Shown in pieces: positions 19,561 to 28,406 of a stretch of DNA of 64,000 bases. This DNA is from Candidatus Staskawiczbacteria bacterium (GTDB taxonomy: Bacteria > Patescibacteriota > Minisyncoccia > Minisyncoccales > Staskawiczbacteraceae), in NCBI GenBank assembly GCA_026395215.1, contig JAPLZC010000010.1:140150-204149 (forward strand), given 5' to 3'. The stretch's first letter is position 1, and every line of letters begins with the position of its first letter. A program made the translations under genes and the position numbers. The notes under the pieces are model-generated. The model worked only from the letters and a program-made list of their open reading frames with translations. It had not been told where the DNA came from and searched no databases.

Positions 19561-19799
19561 GCTTCCTGCCATATCTGTGGCTGATTTTGCTTCTCTTTCA
19601 TCCAATACCACCAAGTCGCTCGTTCCTCGCTCCTTCAAAACCCTCGGTTTTGAATAATTTCCTACACGGGAGGAAGTCCTTCCTCCCGACCCCTCCTTAA
19701 ATGGTGGTATTGTTCTCAAAACTAACTTGATTGAAAAAGTTTCTGTGCTTCCTGCCATATCTGTGGCTGATTTTGCTTCTCTTTCATCCAATACCACCA
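19561..19799. repeat. 53-bp perfect direct repeat (19561-19613 and 19747-19799) flanking a hairpin-rich spacer
   Basis: gcttcctgccatatctgtggctgattttgcttctctttcatccaataccacca occurs twice; hairpins at 19634-19654 and 19667-19688. Confidence 0.9.
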
Positions 19800-20759
19800 T
19801 TCTGTTCCCCAAAAATAGAATGTGTCTAAACCTGTGTTTTTGGCATATTCAATATTTTCTTTAAATATTTCTAGATTCATTGTTTTTGACTGCTCTGCCA
19901 GGGGCACATCATAAAATGGTCTTGGCGTCCACGGTTCTGCCTGCAACTCTATGCATATTACATTTTTACCAAATATCTCCTTAATAAGCAAAGCTTTTCT
20001 GGAATAATACACCGGTGAGAATAAATAATGAAAATAAAAACCCAAACTGTTTGATATGTGCGCCCAAGCCTCGCGGTACATTGTTGTACCCACAATATCT
20101 CCTATTTTTGCCACACCAAACCACATAGAACCTTCTCCCGAATCAGAAACAATAACCTTTCGCGAAGGATCTAGTGATTTTACCAAAGCCACTTCTTCCT
20201 TCAAAAAATCTTTGTCTGTATAATACCAAGAAGGACATTCCCCAAATTTAAACAATGGTTCATTCTCAACCTGCCAATTTATAATAGCGGGATTATCTTT
20301 ATACCTCTGCACAACTGTTTTTATATAATTTAGCACAGCATCTTTCTGCTGTTGTTCGGCTAAGCCGTCTGCCCATTTTGGAATATGGCATTCCGGCCAC
20401 CTGCCACTTTTCATGCCAACCACATATATTATATTCACGCCGGGGTACCCCTTAGGTCCTTTTGCCTGCGCCAACTGCCAATCTATGTCATTAAAATAAA
20501 ACTCTCCATGTTTGCCCTCAACCCAATCCCATTGAGTATGAATTTTAATATTTTTAACCCCCAGGTCATCTATAATTGCCGAATAAGTATCTTTCCAATC
20601 CAAACCCAACGCTTGCGCCTGCATTTGTGAAAAATCAACGCCCCAAGTAATATTCTGAGGAACTTTTGCCTTGCCTACAAAAAAATAACAGAAAACAATT
20701 GCCAACAAGGCTAAAATTACTGCCAAAAAAATAACTATTGTTTTTATTAGTCTAGACAT
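19722..20759 (-). CDS. Membrane-anchored clan GH-A glycoside hydrolase-like protein
   Basis: WDWVE, WQVENEP (acid/base), IELQAEPW (nucleophile), WGTEWW. Confidence 0.75.
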   Translation of the reverse strand: MSRLIKTIVIFLAVILALLAIVFCYFFVGKAKVPQNITWGVDFSQMQAQALGLDWKDTYSAIIDDLGVKNIKIHTQWDWVEGKHGEFYFNDIDWQLAQAKGPKGYPGVNIIYVVGMKSGRWPECHIPKWADGLAEQQQKDAVLNYIKTVVQRYKDNPAIINWQVENEPLFKFGECPSWYYTDKDFLKEEVALVKSLDPSRKVIVSDSGEGSMWFGVAKIGDIVGTTMYREAWAHISNSLGFYFHYLFSPVYYSRKALLIKEIFGKNVICIELQAEPWTPRPFYDVPLAEQSKTMNLEIFKENIEYAKNTGLDTFYFWGTEWWYWMKEKQNQPQIWQEAQKLFQSS

Positions 20760-22045
20760 TAAGAATTAAAAATTGTCCGCTCAATATTATATGTTCCCAT
20801 TGATCCTATTTCCATAAAACCCTGCATTGCGGCCTCGGCTAAATCTCCTGAATTAAGCAAATCATAAAACCATTGGTCGGCATATTTTGGATCTTCCTGC
20901 GGAATCCCAGCATTGGTGTGTAGCAACCATTTTTTATTAAAATCCTCTTGCGAACCAATTGTTGGAGCTATAATTATGGGAATTCCTAAACCCGCGTAAA
21001 AAGAAAGTTCTGACGGTTTTGTCCATAAAATATCTGTTTCTCTTAGGGCTTCATTAAAAGTTTTAAAATATTCATCTGTTGTAATCCCTGAAACTATGTG
21101 TACCCAGCCATCCAGTTTTAATTCCTTTATATTGTCTACATAATATTTTCTCAGTTCTTCCCGCACACCAATGGCAATAATAAACCTCAATTTTCTATCT
21201 TTTATTTTTCCTCTAAGGCTGTTTATTGCATGCAAAGGTATTTCTTTCTGCGCTCCGGCGCCACCAATTGAAAACATAATTGTCAGAGGATGATTGGACT
21301 TTTCAGGCAAATTTCCTAATGAAACCTTAATTAACGGCCCATATATTTCTCTATATTTCCTATTGGGGTCAAGATTTAAAATGCGATGTCTCAGATCATC
21401 TTTCAAAATAGCCAAATTCTCGCCAACATTTTCTTTTGGCAACGGGTAGCCGGTCAAAAAAATATTTTCTGGCTTGACGCCGTATAGCTTTAACCTGTCC
21501 CTCACCCATGTGCATGGGGCAAAATACTTAATTTTACTTTTTTTGGGGTTGATTGAGGCCCATGTCCTATTTATGTCGGCGTCACAAACTACACAATAAA
21601 CATCACCGGGATATTTTAGCTCTTCCGCCATAAAAGCCGGAGTAAAAAATGTAGAAACAAGCGGTAAGGGGTTTTTTTGTAACCTTTCAATTAAATCTTT
21701 GCCCCAGCCACCTTTAATAAAACTAAGAATATTTTTTAAAGTGAAACTTGGTTTAGATAAATCTCTTTTTGGGTAATAAATTGAAATTTTTTGAAACTTG
21801 TCCAAAATTGAAAACGCCAAACTCCCTAGAAAAGGAACTTTTTTAAACCTGGACACAAATTCATATAAATAGCGGGTTTCCTGCCAGAAATTTTTATCTT
21901 TTTTAGGAATACCGTCATAGCTGTTGGCATTTATCACTTTATCGCCAAAAGCAATATCCCTTAAAGGATAAGCTGTCCGCTGATGCCCATAGCCCATATC
22001 TGCAGCCACAACCCAAGCCCTTTTATTATTTTTTTTGTTTTCCAT
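20759..22045 (-). CDS. GT-B fold glycosyltransferase-like protein
   Basis: DMGYGHQR, GYPLP, GGAGAQ, TKPSEL, GSQE; likely start MENKK at 22045. Confidence 0.7.
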   Translation of the reverse strand: MENKKNNKRAWVVAADMGYGHQRTAYPLRDIAFGDKVINANSYDGIPKKDKNFWQETRYLYEFVSRFKKVPFLGSLAFSILDKFQKISIYYPKRDLSKPSFTLKNILSFIKGGWGKDLIERLQKNPLPLVSTFFTPAFMAEELKYPGDVYCVVCDADINRTWASINPKKSKIKYFAPCTWVRDRLKLYGVKPENIFLTGYPLPKENVGENLAILKDDLRHRILNLDPNRKYREIYGPLIKVSLGNLPEKSNHPLTIMFSIGGAGAQKEIPLHAINSLRGKIKDRKLRFIIAIGVREELRKYYVDNIKELKLDGWVHIVSGITTDEYFKTFNEALRETDILWTKPSELSFYAGLGIPIIIAPTIGSQEDFNKKWLLHTNAGIPQEDPKYADQWFYDLLNSGDLAEAAMQGFMEIGSMGTYNIERTIFNS

Positions 22046-22134
22046 TACAACTATTATAACAAAAAAACAGCAAAAAAAGAACCCTTTCAACTTACGATAT
22101 TGAAAGGGTATAATTGGTTCCGCATGGAACATGG

Positions 22135-22689
22135 TCAACCAGGGAGGGTCAGCAAAATTCGCGCACCAGCGCCCAGGTTAGCATTTGCGCTGTGAGCATA
22201 CAAATACATCCTGCCATTCGATTGGCGCCCTACAAGGAAAACCCTAGAATTGATGGGATTCATGCCGGCGACTAAACATTCGCCACAGGGTTGAGCCCTG
22301 TATCTTAGTCGCAGACGGCAAACAAACTGACCGGTTACAAGACCGCAACCAAACCTGGAAGCGCTTTCCCAAAGCTGGGGCAGGTGTGCATTCCTGAAGC
22401 CCAGATCCTCCACTGATGGAGTAACGATTTTGATGTTTCCGTCTGGTTCGACGGTGCGGAAATGTCCATGAGAGAGAAGTTCTTGAGCACAAGATCCAAC
22501 ATCTATCCCAGCCTCATCCATAGCTTGATAGTAGTCTGGAACTTGCCCAAACCCTCCCAAACGAAAGATTCTTGCATCGGCAATCCAGGGAGGCGCTATC
22601 GTCCCCCGTGCCAATGACGGTTGTGTTTCTGTATCTGCAGCACCTACTGTTTTCAATGCGGCTTCTCCTTCTAGGCTGATTTGGCCCAT
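22135..22689 (-). CDS. Hypothetical protein resembling C-type-lectin-fold DGR-target-like proteins
   Basis: SVEDLGF...RLRLRYRAQP.GE...MNPI..RVFLV; GC-richer than flanks. Confidence 0.5.
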   Translation of the reverse strand: MGQISLEGEAALKTVGAADTETQPSLARGTIAPPWIADARIFRLGGFGQVPDYYQAMDEAGIDVGSCAQELLSHGHFRTVEPDGNIKIVTPSVEDLGFRNAHLPQLWESASRFGCGLVTGQFVCRLRLRYRAQPCGECLVAGMNPINSRVFLVGRQSNGRMYLYAHSANANLGAGARILLTLPG

Positions 22690-22769
22690 ATGAGTTGTTT
22701 ATGACAAGGTACCATTTTGAACACTTTCTAAGTATATGCTACTTTTAGACTATTGTCAATATCAGACTT

Positions 22770-24290
22770 CTACACAATACTTCTACTATATCTCCTGTTG
22801 AGAAACCAAGTTACGGCTCCAATAACAAAATATGCAACAAAAACCCAAATCCAGGAAATATTTGTTATGGTTTTGGCCATCCATGGCTGGGAAAAAATGT
22901 CTATTACTTTTACAAAATATGTAAGTAACAACCAGCACGGAATTGATAAAATCCAACCCAGTGCGTAAGAAAAAATTCCGGCCAAAGATGCTAAAAAGCC
23001 AAAAACCATCAGTCCGTAAACAATTGGAAGTATTAAAAGATTGGTAATGGGAGAAACAAGAGATACATTTCCAAAATTATAAACCATAATAGGCAAAGTA
23101 AAAATTTGTGCGGCAAAAGTTGCCGAGACGATGCTTATTAATTCTTTTGCCGACGATTCTTCCGACTGCAGTGTAAAATAATTTATAAATCTTTTAATCA
23201 AGGGCTCTAGATACATAAGGCCTAACACAGCCAAAAATGAAAGCTGAAAACCAACATCATAAACCAAAAGTAAGGGGTTTATTACCAGCATTACAGCTCC
23301 TGCTATTGTTATTATTCTCGGCCCCATACTTTGCCGCCCCAAATGTTGAGAAAAAAGGTAAAGCCCGCCCATAATACCTGCCCTAACTCCGGACGGAGGC
23401 AAACCTGTCAAAACAATATAAATACAAATAAAAATTATAGCAATATAAAACGCCTGCCCTCGCCAAAGTCCCATGGCTAATAATAAAGACATTATAATTG
23501 CGCTTAAAATAACAACGTGCGTGCCGGAAACAGCTATTACGTGTCTGAGTCCGGTAATATTTAATTTGCTTTTCAAGTCGTTAGTCATTGCCCCATTATC
23601 TCCCAAAATTGTCCCCTCTAAAATTGAGCTCTGCGGAGGTAAAAAGTTCCCTTGGATGCTCTCTCTTATTTTTTGCTTGCAAAACAAAACCCACGAATAA
23701 ATTTTTTGTGTTACAGTTATCTCCCCCGCTAAGCGGGGCCCGTTTAGAGCGGAAACCTTGGGAGAATTCATTACAGAATATATTCCGTCTTTCATTAAAT
23801 AGTTTTTGTAATTAAAGGTGTCAGTAACCGACGGGGTTTCTAACTTTCCCGAAAGTTTTATTTTATCCAAATATTTATATTCTGGATATCTGTTTATTGT
23901 CACTAAAACCGTGCTGCCCGCCTCGCCCGCCGGCTGGTCGTCAGTTTTTACTTTTAATTTTTGAAAAGTATCCCTAACATCTGGCTCGTTATCAACAATA
24001 CCGGTTATAACAACTTGCTGACCATTAAATTTGCTCAATTTGTCATTAGCAATATTAAACTCGCTGATTTGTACCCGTATAATTCCAAGAGTAAAAAATA
24101 TAACACAAAAACCGAAAACCAAGATATAATGCCCATACTGCGATGGATATATCAATGCTGCAAATATAAAAAATATTGAAACAAATAAAAACGCCCACAA
24201 ATAAATTTGCGGAACTCTTGTTATTGATTCCAAAAATATGCCTGCTGTCAGCGCCAGACAAAATATAAATAATACCTTAGACGGGCTCAT
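22770..24290 (-). CDS. comEC: ComEC/Rec2 DNA uptake channel (no beta-lactamase domain)
   Basis: GLRHVIAVSGTHV, PSGVRAGIM, DVGFQLSF, OB-fold region. Confidence 0.92.
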   Translation of the reverse strand: MSPSKVLFIFCLALTAGIFLESITRVPQIYLWAFLFVSIFFIFAALIYPSQYGHYILVFGFCVIFFTLGIIRVQISEFNIANDKLSKFNGQQVVITGIVDNEPDVRDTFQKLKVKTDDQPAGEAGSTVLVTINRYPEYKYLDKIKLSGKLETPSVTDTFNYKNYLMKDGIYSVMNSPKVSALNGPRLAGEITVTQKIYSWVLFCKQKIRESIQGNFLPPQSSILEGTILGDNGAMTNDLKSKLNITGLRHVIAVSGTHVVILSAIIMSLLLAMGLWRGQAFYIAIIFICIYIVLTGLPPSGVRAGIMGGLYLFSQHLGRQSMGPRIITIAGAVMLVINPLLLVYDVGFQLSFLAVLGLMYLEPLIKRFINYFTLQSEESSAKELISIVSATFAAQIFTLPIMVYNFGNVSLVSPITNLLILPIVYGLMVFGFLASLAGIFSYALGWILSIPCWLLLTYFVKVIDIFSQPWMAKTITNISWIWVFVAYFVIGAVTWFLNRRYSRSIV

Positions 24291-25009
24291 CTTACCTTAC
24301 ATTCTTTAAAATTTGAAGAAATTTCTTTGGCTATGCCTTGCAAAAATTCATCTTTGAATGGTTGAATTTTCTCAAATGCCGGGTCAATTGTCTTTTCTCC
24401 CCTAAAACCTTGCAAATAATATTTAACGTTTTGGCCACCTATCCATTTTGCAATTTCTATAAAATCTTCTTTTTGGTGAACACCCGGTACGCAAGTTGTA
24501 CGGAATTCAAACCCGCAGGTTTGCCCTGAGCCTGTCGAATGGGCTTTCAAAAACTCCACACTCTCTTTTATATTATTAATAGTAACCTCTTCAATCATAA
24601 GATTTTTATAAACAGGGCTTTCCGGAGAAGTTTTTATATCCATGGCAACATAGTCTATTAGTCTCAAATCAACTAGGTTTTTAAGCATTTCTGGATTAGA
24701 CCCATTTGTGTCTAACTTTACCGCATATCCTAAAGTTTTAATTTTTTCTATAAACAAGGGTAAATCTTTATTTATTGTCGGCTCTCCCCCACAAATTACA
24801 ACTCCATCTAACAACCCCTTTCTCTGACGCAAAAAATCAAAAAATTCTTTTTCCGAAATCCTTGGATGCTGTGCAATTTCCAATGGCAAAACCAACTCTC
24901 GTGAATAACACCAAGGACACCTAAAATTGCACCCCGCCAAAAAAACCACGCAGGCCAACTTCCCCGGATAATCAATCAACGTAGTTCTCTGTAACCCAGC
25001 AATTATCAT
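24287..25009 (-). CDS. nrdG: Anaerobic ribonucleotide reductase activating protein
   Basis: LIDYPGK, GCNFRCPWC, GGEPT, KLDTNG. Confidence 0.92.
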   Translation of the reverse strand: MIIAGLQRTTLIDYPGKLACVVFLAGCNFRCPWCYSRELVLPLEIAQHPRISEKEFFDFLRQRKGLLDGVVICGGEPTINKDLPLFIEKIKTLGYAVKLDTNGSNPEMLKNLVDLRLIDYVAMDIKTSPESPVYKNLMIEEVTINNIKESVEFLKAHSTGSGQTCGFEFRTTCVPGVHQKEDFIEIAKWIGGQNVKYYLQGFRGEKTIDPAFEKIQPFKDEFLQGIAKEISSNFKECKVR

Positions 25010-25020
25010 AATTTATAATT

Positions 25021-25965
25021 CTATATAACTCTTATTTTACTAAAATTTTTACCAGACAAGCCTTCAATTTTAATTTCCTCCCAAGAAAACTCAACTTTTT
25101 CCAATTGCGAAGGCGAATAAATATACTCAATATAGCTATCGGCCTCTTTTTTCAAAACACCAACCCCAGTCTGAAACTTAACTACGGAAGTTTTTGTTGT
25201 TCCCATTGGTATGCTTGTTCTGTCTCCAAAGGGAGTCACCGATATAGTAATCTTATCTGGTCTTCTGTGATATGACCTTCTTTTAACTAAAGACATATAT
25301 GCATCGTGCAAAACGTGATTCTTTTGAAAATCTATCTGTTCCCCATTGTGGGGTTTTATATTTAATTTCATCATTTCAATGTCTCGATCAGTCAAAGCAG
25401 TTTCTCCTTTCTTGTTCAACTCTTCTATTTGTTTATTCAAATCTTCTATAAATTCTTCTTTTGAACCATATCTATCACCAACAGGACTGAAAGTATATTT
25501 TAAATTATCCGGTAAGTACGGCTGTATAAATTTAATCAAATCTCTAAAAACTTTTTTGTATATTTCGGTGTTATCTACTGGTATGTTATCCATAAACTCC
25601 AAAATGATATCATCTCCACAAAAATCAAACCACACACCAGGCTTATATGCATCCGTTATTGGTTTTAACCAACAGGCGTAATAAATCATTGCAAAAAGTT
25701 CTGCCCAATCCGGCTCGGGGCTTTCGCTAAATCTCCATAGCTTATATGTTCCAAAAATAATAGCAATTTTTATTGGCTCGCCGTTTTTAATATTTAATTC
25801 TATTGAGCTACGGATCTTTTTATTTGCTTCGGGATTCACACTATATTTTCTGAATTTTTTAGACATTATTCTATCATATATAAAATCAACCAATTCTTTA
25901 TTTTGGGTAAGTTTTTCCTCTTTAATGCCAACCAATCTTTTTTCAATATAATCTTTTGCTGTCAT
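25021..25965 (-). CDS. Hypothetical protein with distant PvcA/Dit1 (isocyanide synthase)-like motifs
   Basis: PIKIAIIFGTYK...PDWAELFA...I...YKPGVWFDFCGDD resembles the PvcA-family PDxAE...YxPG...SD pattern; judged by eye. Confidence 0.45.
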   Translation of the reverse strand: MTAKDYIEKRLVGIKEEKLTQNKELVDFIYDRIMSKKFRKYSVNPEANKKIRSSIELNIKNGEPIKIAIIFGTYKLWRFSESPEPDWAELFAMIYYACWLKPITDAYKPGVWFDFCGDDIILEFMDNIPVDNTEIYKKVFRDLIKFIQPYLPDNLKYTFSPVGDRYGSKEEFIEDLNKQIEELNKKGETALTDRDIEMMKLNIKPHNGEQIDFQKNHVLHDAYMSLVKRRSYHRRPDKITISVTPFGDRTSIPMGTTKTSVVKFQTGVGVLKKEADSYIEYIYSPSQLEKVEFSWEEIKIEGLSGKNFSKIRVI

Positions 25966-25966
25966 G

Positions 25967-26037
25967 AGATGTGGGAAGGAATTGAACCCCCGTGCCTTGT
26001 CTTGCGAACAAGTGCCTAACTACTCGGCCACCACATC
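25967..26037 (-). tRNA. tRNA-Cys(GCA), atypical
   Basis: Acceptor stem GATGTGG/CCACATC, discriminator U, anticodon arm CTTGT-TCGCAAG-ACAAG, T arm GGGGG-TTCAATT-CCTTC; no encoded CCA. Confidence 0.8.
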
Positions 26038-26051
26038 AATTGTATATTACC

Positions 26052-26080
26052 AAAAACCCACCTGGATTAAAAGGTGGGTT
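26052..26080 (-). terminator. Intrinsic terminator after nrdD
   Basis: AACCCACCT/AGGTGGGTT stem followed by a T-run on the minus strand. Confidence 0.65.
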
Positions 26081-26092
26081 AGGATATTAGAA

Positions 26093-28312
26093 TTAGACGG
26101 CGGCGGATTTTTCTTCTACTTTGATTAGGGTGTCTTTTACTGGGTCTGCACAATTTGCACAATCTGTAGATTCTGCAGGGGTTGCAGGATTTACAGGTTG
26201 CTCTATGGGGTTGGCGAATTCTTTTCTTTCACCAAATTCCTGACGTTTACCTTTGTGCCACTGTTGGACGGGTCTAATGTAACCTACAACTCTTGAGTAA
26301 ACTTCACAGGGCTGTTTTATGGCGCATTGAGGACATTCAAAGTGTTCTCCTGAAAGATAACCGTGTGTTGGGCAAATTGAAAATGTTGGAGTTAAGGTTA
26401 TATATGGTAAGCTGTAATTTTCAAATATTTTCCTGACCAAGTTCTTTGCCATATTAGGATCTGAAATTTTTTCTCCCAAAAATATGTGCAAAACAGTTCC
26501 GCCAGTATATTTTGTTTGGATATCGTTTTGCAAATCCAAAGCTTGAAAAACATCATCTGTAAAACCAACCGGCAATTGACTGGAATTTGTATAATAAGGA
26601 ACTTCTTTAGTACCGGCCGTAATAATATCCGGATATTTTTCTCTATCGGTCTTTGCTTGCCTATAACTTGTTCCTTCTCCGGGAGTTGCTTCTAAGTTAT
26701 ATAAGTTCCCTGTTTCCTCTTGGAACTTAACCATTTTCTCTCTCATAAAATCCAAAACCTCAATTGCAAACTTTTTCCCTTTTGGAGTTGTAATGTCTTC
26801 CTCTAAAAAGTTAAGTAAGGACTCATTCATTCCCATAATTCCAATGGTTGAAAAATGGTTTCCAAAATAGGTATTTCTCATATTTTTCATCTCTTGCAAA
26901 TAATGTCTTGAATATGGATAAAGTCCCTTCTCCATAAAGTTATCCAATGCTTTTCGCTTAATTTCCAAGCTTTCTTTTGCCAATTCCATTAAATGAGTTA
27001 ACTTTTCCAAAAATTCTGTCTTTGTTTTTGAAGTATATCCAATTCTTGGCAGGTTTATTGTAACCACACCAATTGAACCTGTTTTAGGTGATGATCCAAA
27101 TAATCCGCCACCTCTTTTATACAATTCCCTATTATCTAATCTAAGTCTGCAACACATACTTCGGGCATCATCTGGGCTCATATCTGAGTGTATAAAGTTG
27201 GAAAAATAATTTATTCCGTATTTTGCCGTTGCCTCCCACATTGTTATTAAGTTTGGATTATCCCACTCAAAATCTTTGCCAATTGAAACAGTTGGAATTG
27301 GGAAAGTAAATGGCCTACTAGAAGCATCTCCCTCCATTAAACCTTCATAGAAAGCTTTAATAAACATATCCATTTCCGGCTGGAAGTCTCCATAAACTTC
27401 ATTTTGTGGTTCTCCTCCAATAATAACCGGCTGTTTTGCCAAAAATGTTGGGGCCTTCATATCTAAAGAAACATTCAAAAATGGAGTCTGGAAACCAACT
27501 CTTGTAGGAACCATACAGTTGTACAAAAATTCCTGCATGGCTTGTTTTACTTGTTTATAGCTCAAATTGTCATATCTTATAAACGGAGCAAGCAAAGTAT
27601 CAAAGTTAGAAATAGCGTTTGCCCCTGCTGTTTCCCCCTGCAATGTAAACAAAGCATTAACTAGTTGACCCAAAGCTGTTCTAAAGTGCCTTGGAGGGCT
27701 ACATTCTATTTTTCCATATACTCCACCAAATCCTTTTACCAAAAAGTCATACAAGTCCCACCCTGCGCAATAAGGAGCTAACAATTCCAGATTGTGTATA
27801 TGAAAATCTTCATTAAGCGCCGCGTCTCTGATTTCTTTCGGATAAATTTTATTCAACCAATATTTTTTGGAAATATATGAGCCAACATATTGGTTTAATC
27901 CTTGTAAGGAAAAAGTCATATTAGCATTTTCCTTAACCTGCCAATCAATCTCTTTCAAATAGCTATCAACTTTTTCCGAAGAGTCGTCAGCCGCTTTTGC
28001 TGATTCACGAATTGTTCTTCTTTGCTCTCTATATAGAATGTAAGCTTTAGCAGTATCAACCAAGTCTTCCAATATTAAAGCCTCCTCAACAATATCCTGA
28101 ACTTGCTCAACAGTAGGCACTTCGCCTTTCTTAAATCTTCTATTTAACAAACTTACAACTTTCTCAGAAACCTTTTTGGAGACTTCTCCATCTCCCTGAT
28201 TTGCCGCAACAACGGCTTTATGAATTGCTTCTTCAATTTTTGATTGCTCAAAAATAACGGTTCTGCCGTCTCTTTTTTGTATCCTCTCTATGTTGTTTTT
28301 TTCTGCTTCCAT
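26093..28312 (-). CDS. nrdD: Anaerobic (class III) ribonucleoside-triphosphate reductase with ATP cone
   Basis: IQKRDG ATP cone, SMCCRL, YYTNS, CPTHG...CPQC, YSRVVGYIRP glycyl-radical motif. Confidence 0.95.
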   Translation of the reverse strand: MEAEKNNIERIQKRDGRTVIFEQSKIEEAIHKAVVAANQGDGEVSKKVSEKVVSLLNRRFKKGEVPTVEQVQDIVEEALILEDLVDTAKAYILYREQRRTIRESAKAADDSSEKVDSYLKEIDWQVKENANMTFSLQGLNQYVGSYISKKYWLNKIYPKEIRDAALNEDFHIHNLELLAPYCAGWDLYDFLVKGFGGVYGKIECSPPRHFRTALGQLVNALFTLQGETAGANAISNFDTLLAPFIRYDNLSYKQVKQAMQEFLYNCMVPTRVGFQTPFLNVSLDMKAPTFLAKQPVIIGGEPQNEVYGDFQPEMDMFIKAFYEGLMEGDASSRPFTFPIPTVSIGKDFEWDNPNLITMWEATAKYGINYFSNFIHSDMSPDDARSMCCRLRLDNRELYKRGGGLFGSSPKTGSIGVVTINLPRIGYTSKTKTEFLEKLTHLMELAKESLEIKRKALDNFMEKGLYPYSRHYLQEMKNMRNTYFGNHFSTIGIMGMNESLLNFLEEDITTPKGKKFAIEVLDFMREKMVKFQEETGNLYNLEATPGEGTSYRQAKTDREKYPDIITAGTKEVPYYTNSSQLPVGFTDDVFQALDLQNDIQTKYTGGTVLHIFLGEKISDPNMAKNLVRKIFENYSLPYITLTPTFSICPTHGYLSGEHFECPQCAIKQPCEVYSRVVGYIRPVQQWHKGKRQEFGERKEFANPIEQPVNPATPAESTDCANCADPVKDTLIKVEEKSAAV

Positions 28313-28406
28313 GCTATTTTTTTAATTATCGTATATCTATTTTACTCCGCTAAGAAACCGTGTCAACTCTTTTCATTTCTAAAAATGTGTTGGATTAAAT
28401 ATAGGT

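Noticed and set aside
19561-19799. 53-bp repeat as a second TR/VR pair or a CRISPR array
   Set aside because: The copies are identical with no adenine-specific differences, there are only two, and no cas genes are present
19546-19812. 88-aa ORF with an internal repeat
   Set aside because: Alternative-frame product of the 53-bp duplication, overlapping the glycoside hydrolase gene
28330-28406. Possible NrdR boxes upstream of nrdD
   Set aside because: Only weak partial matches in AT-rich DNA; cannot be supported by eye
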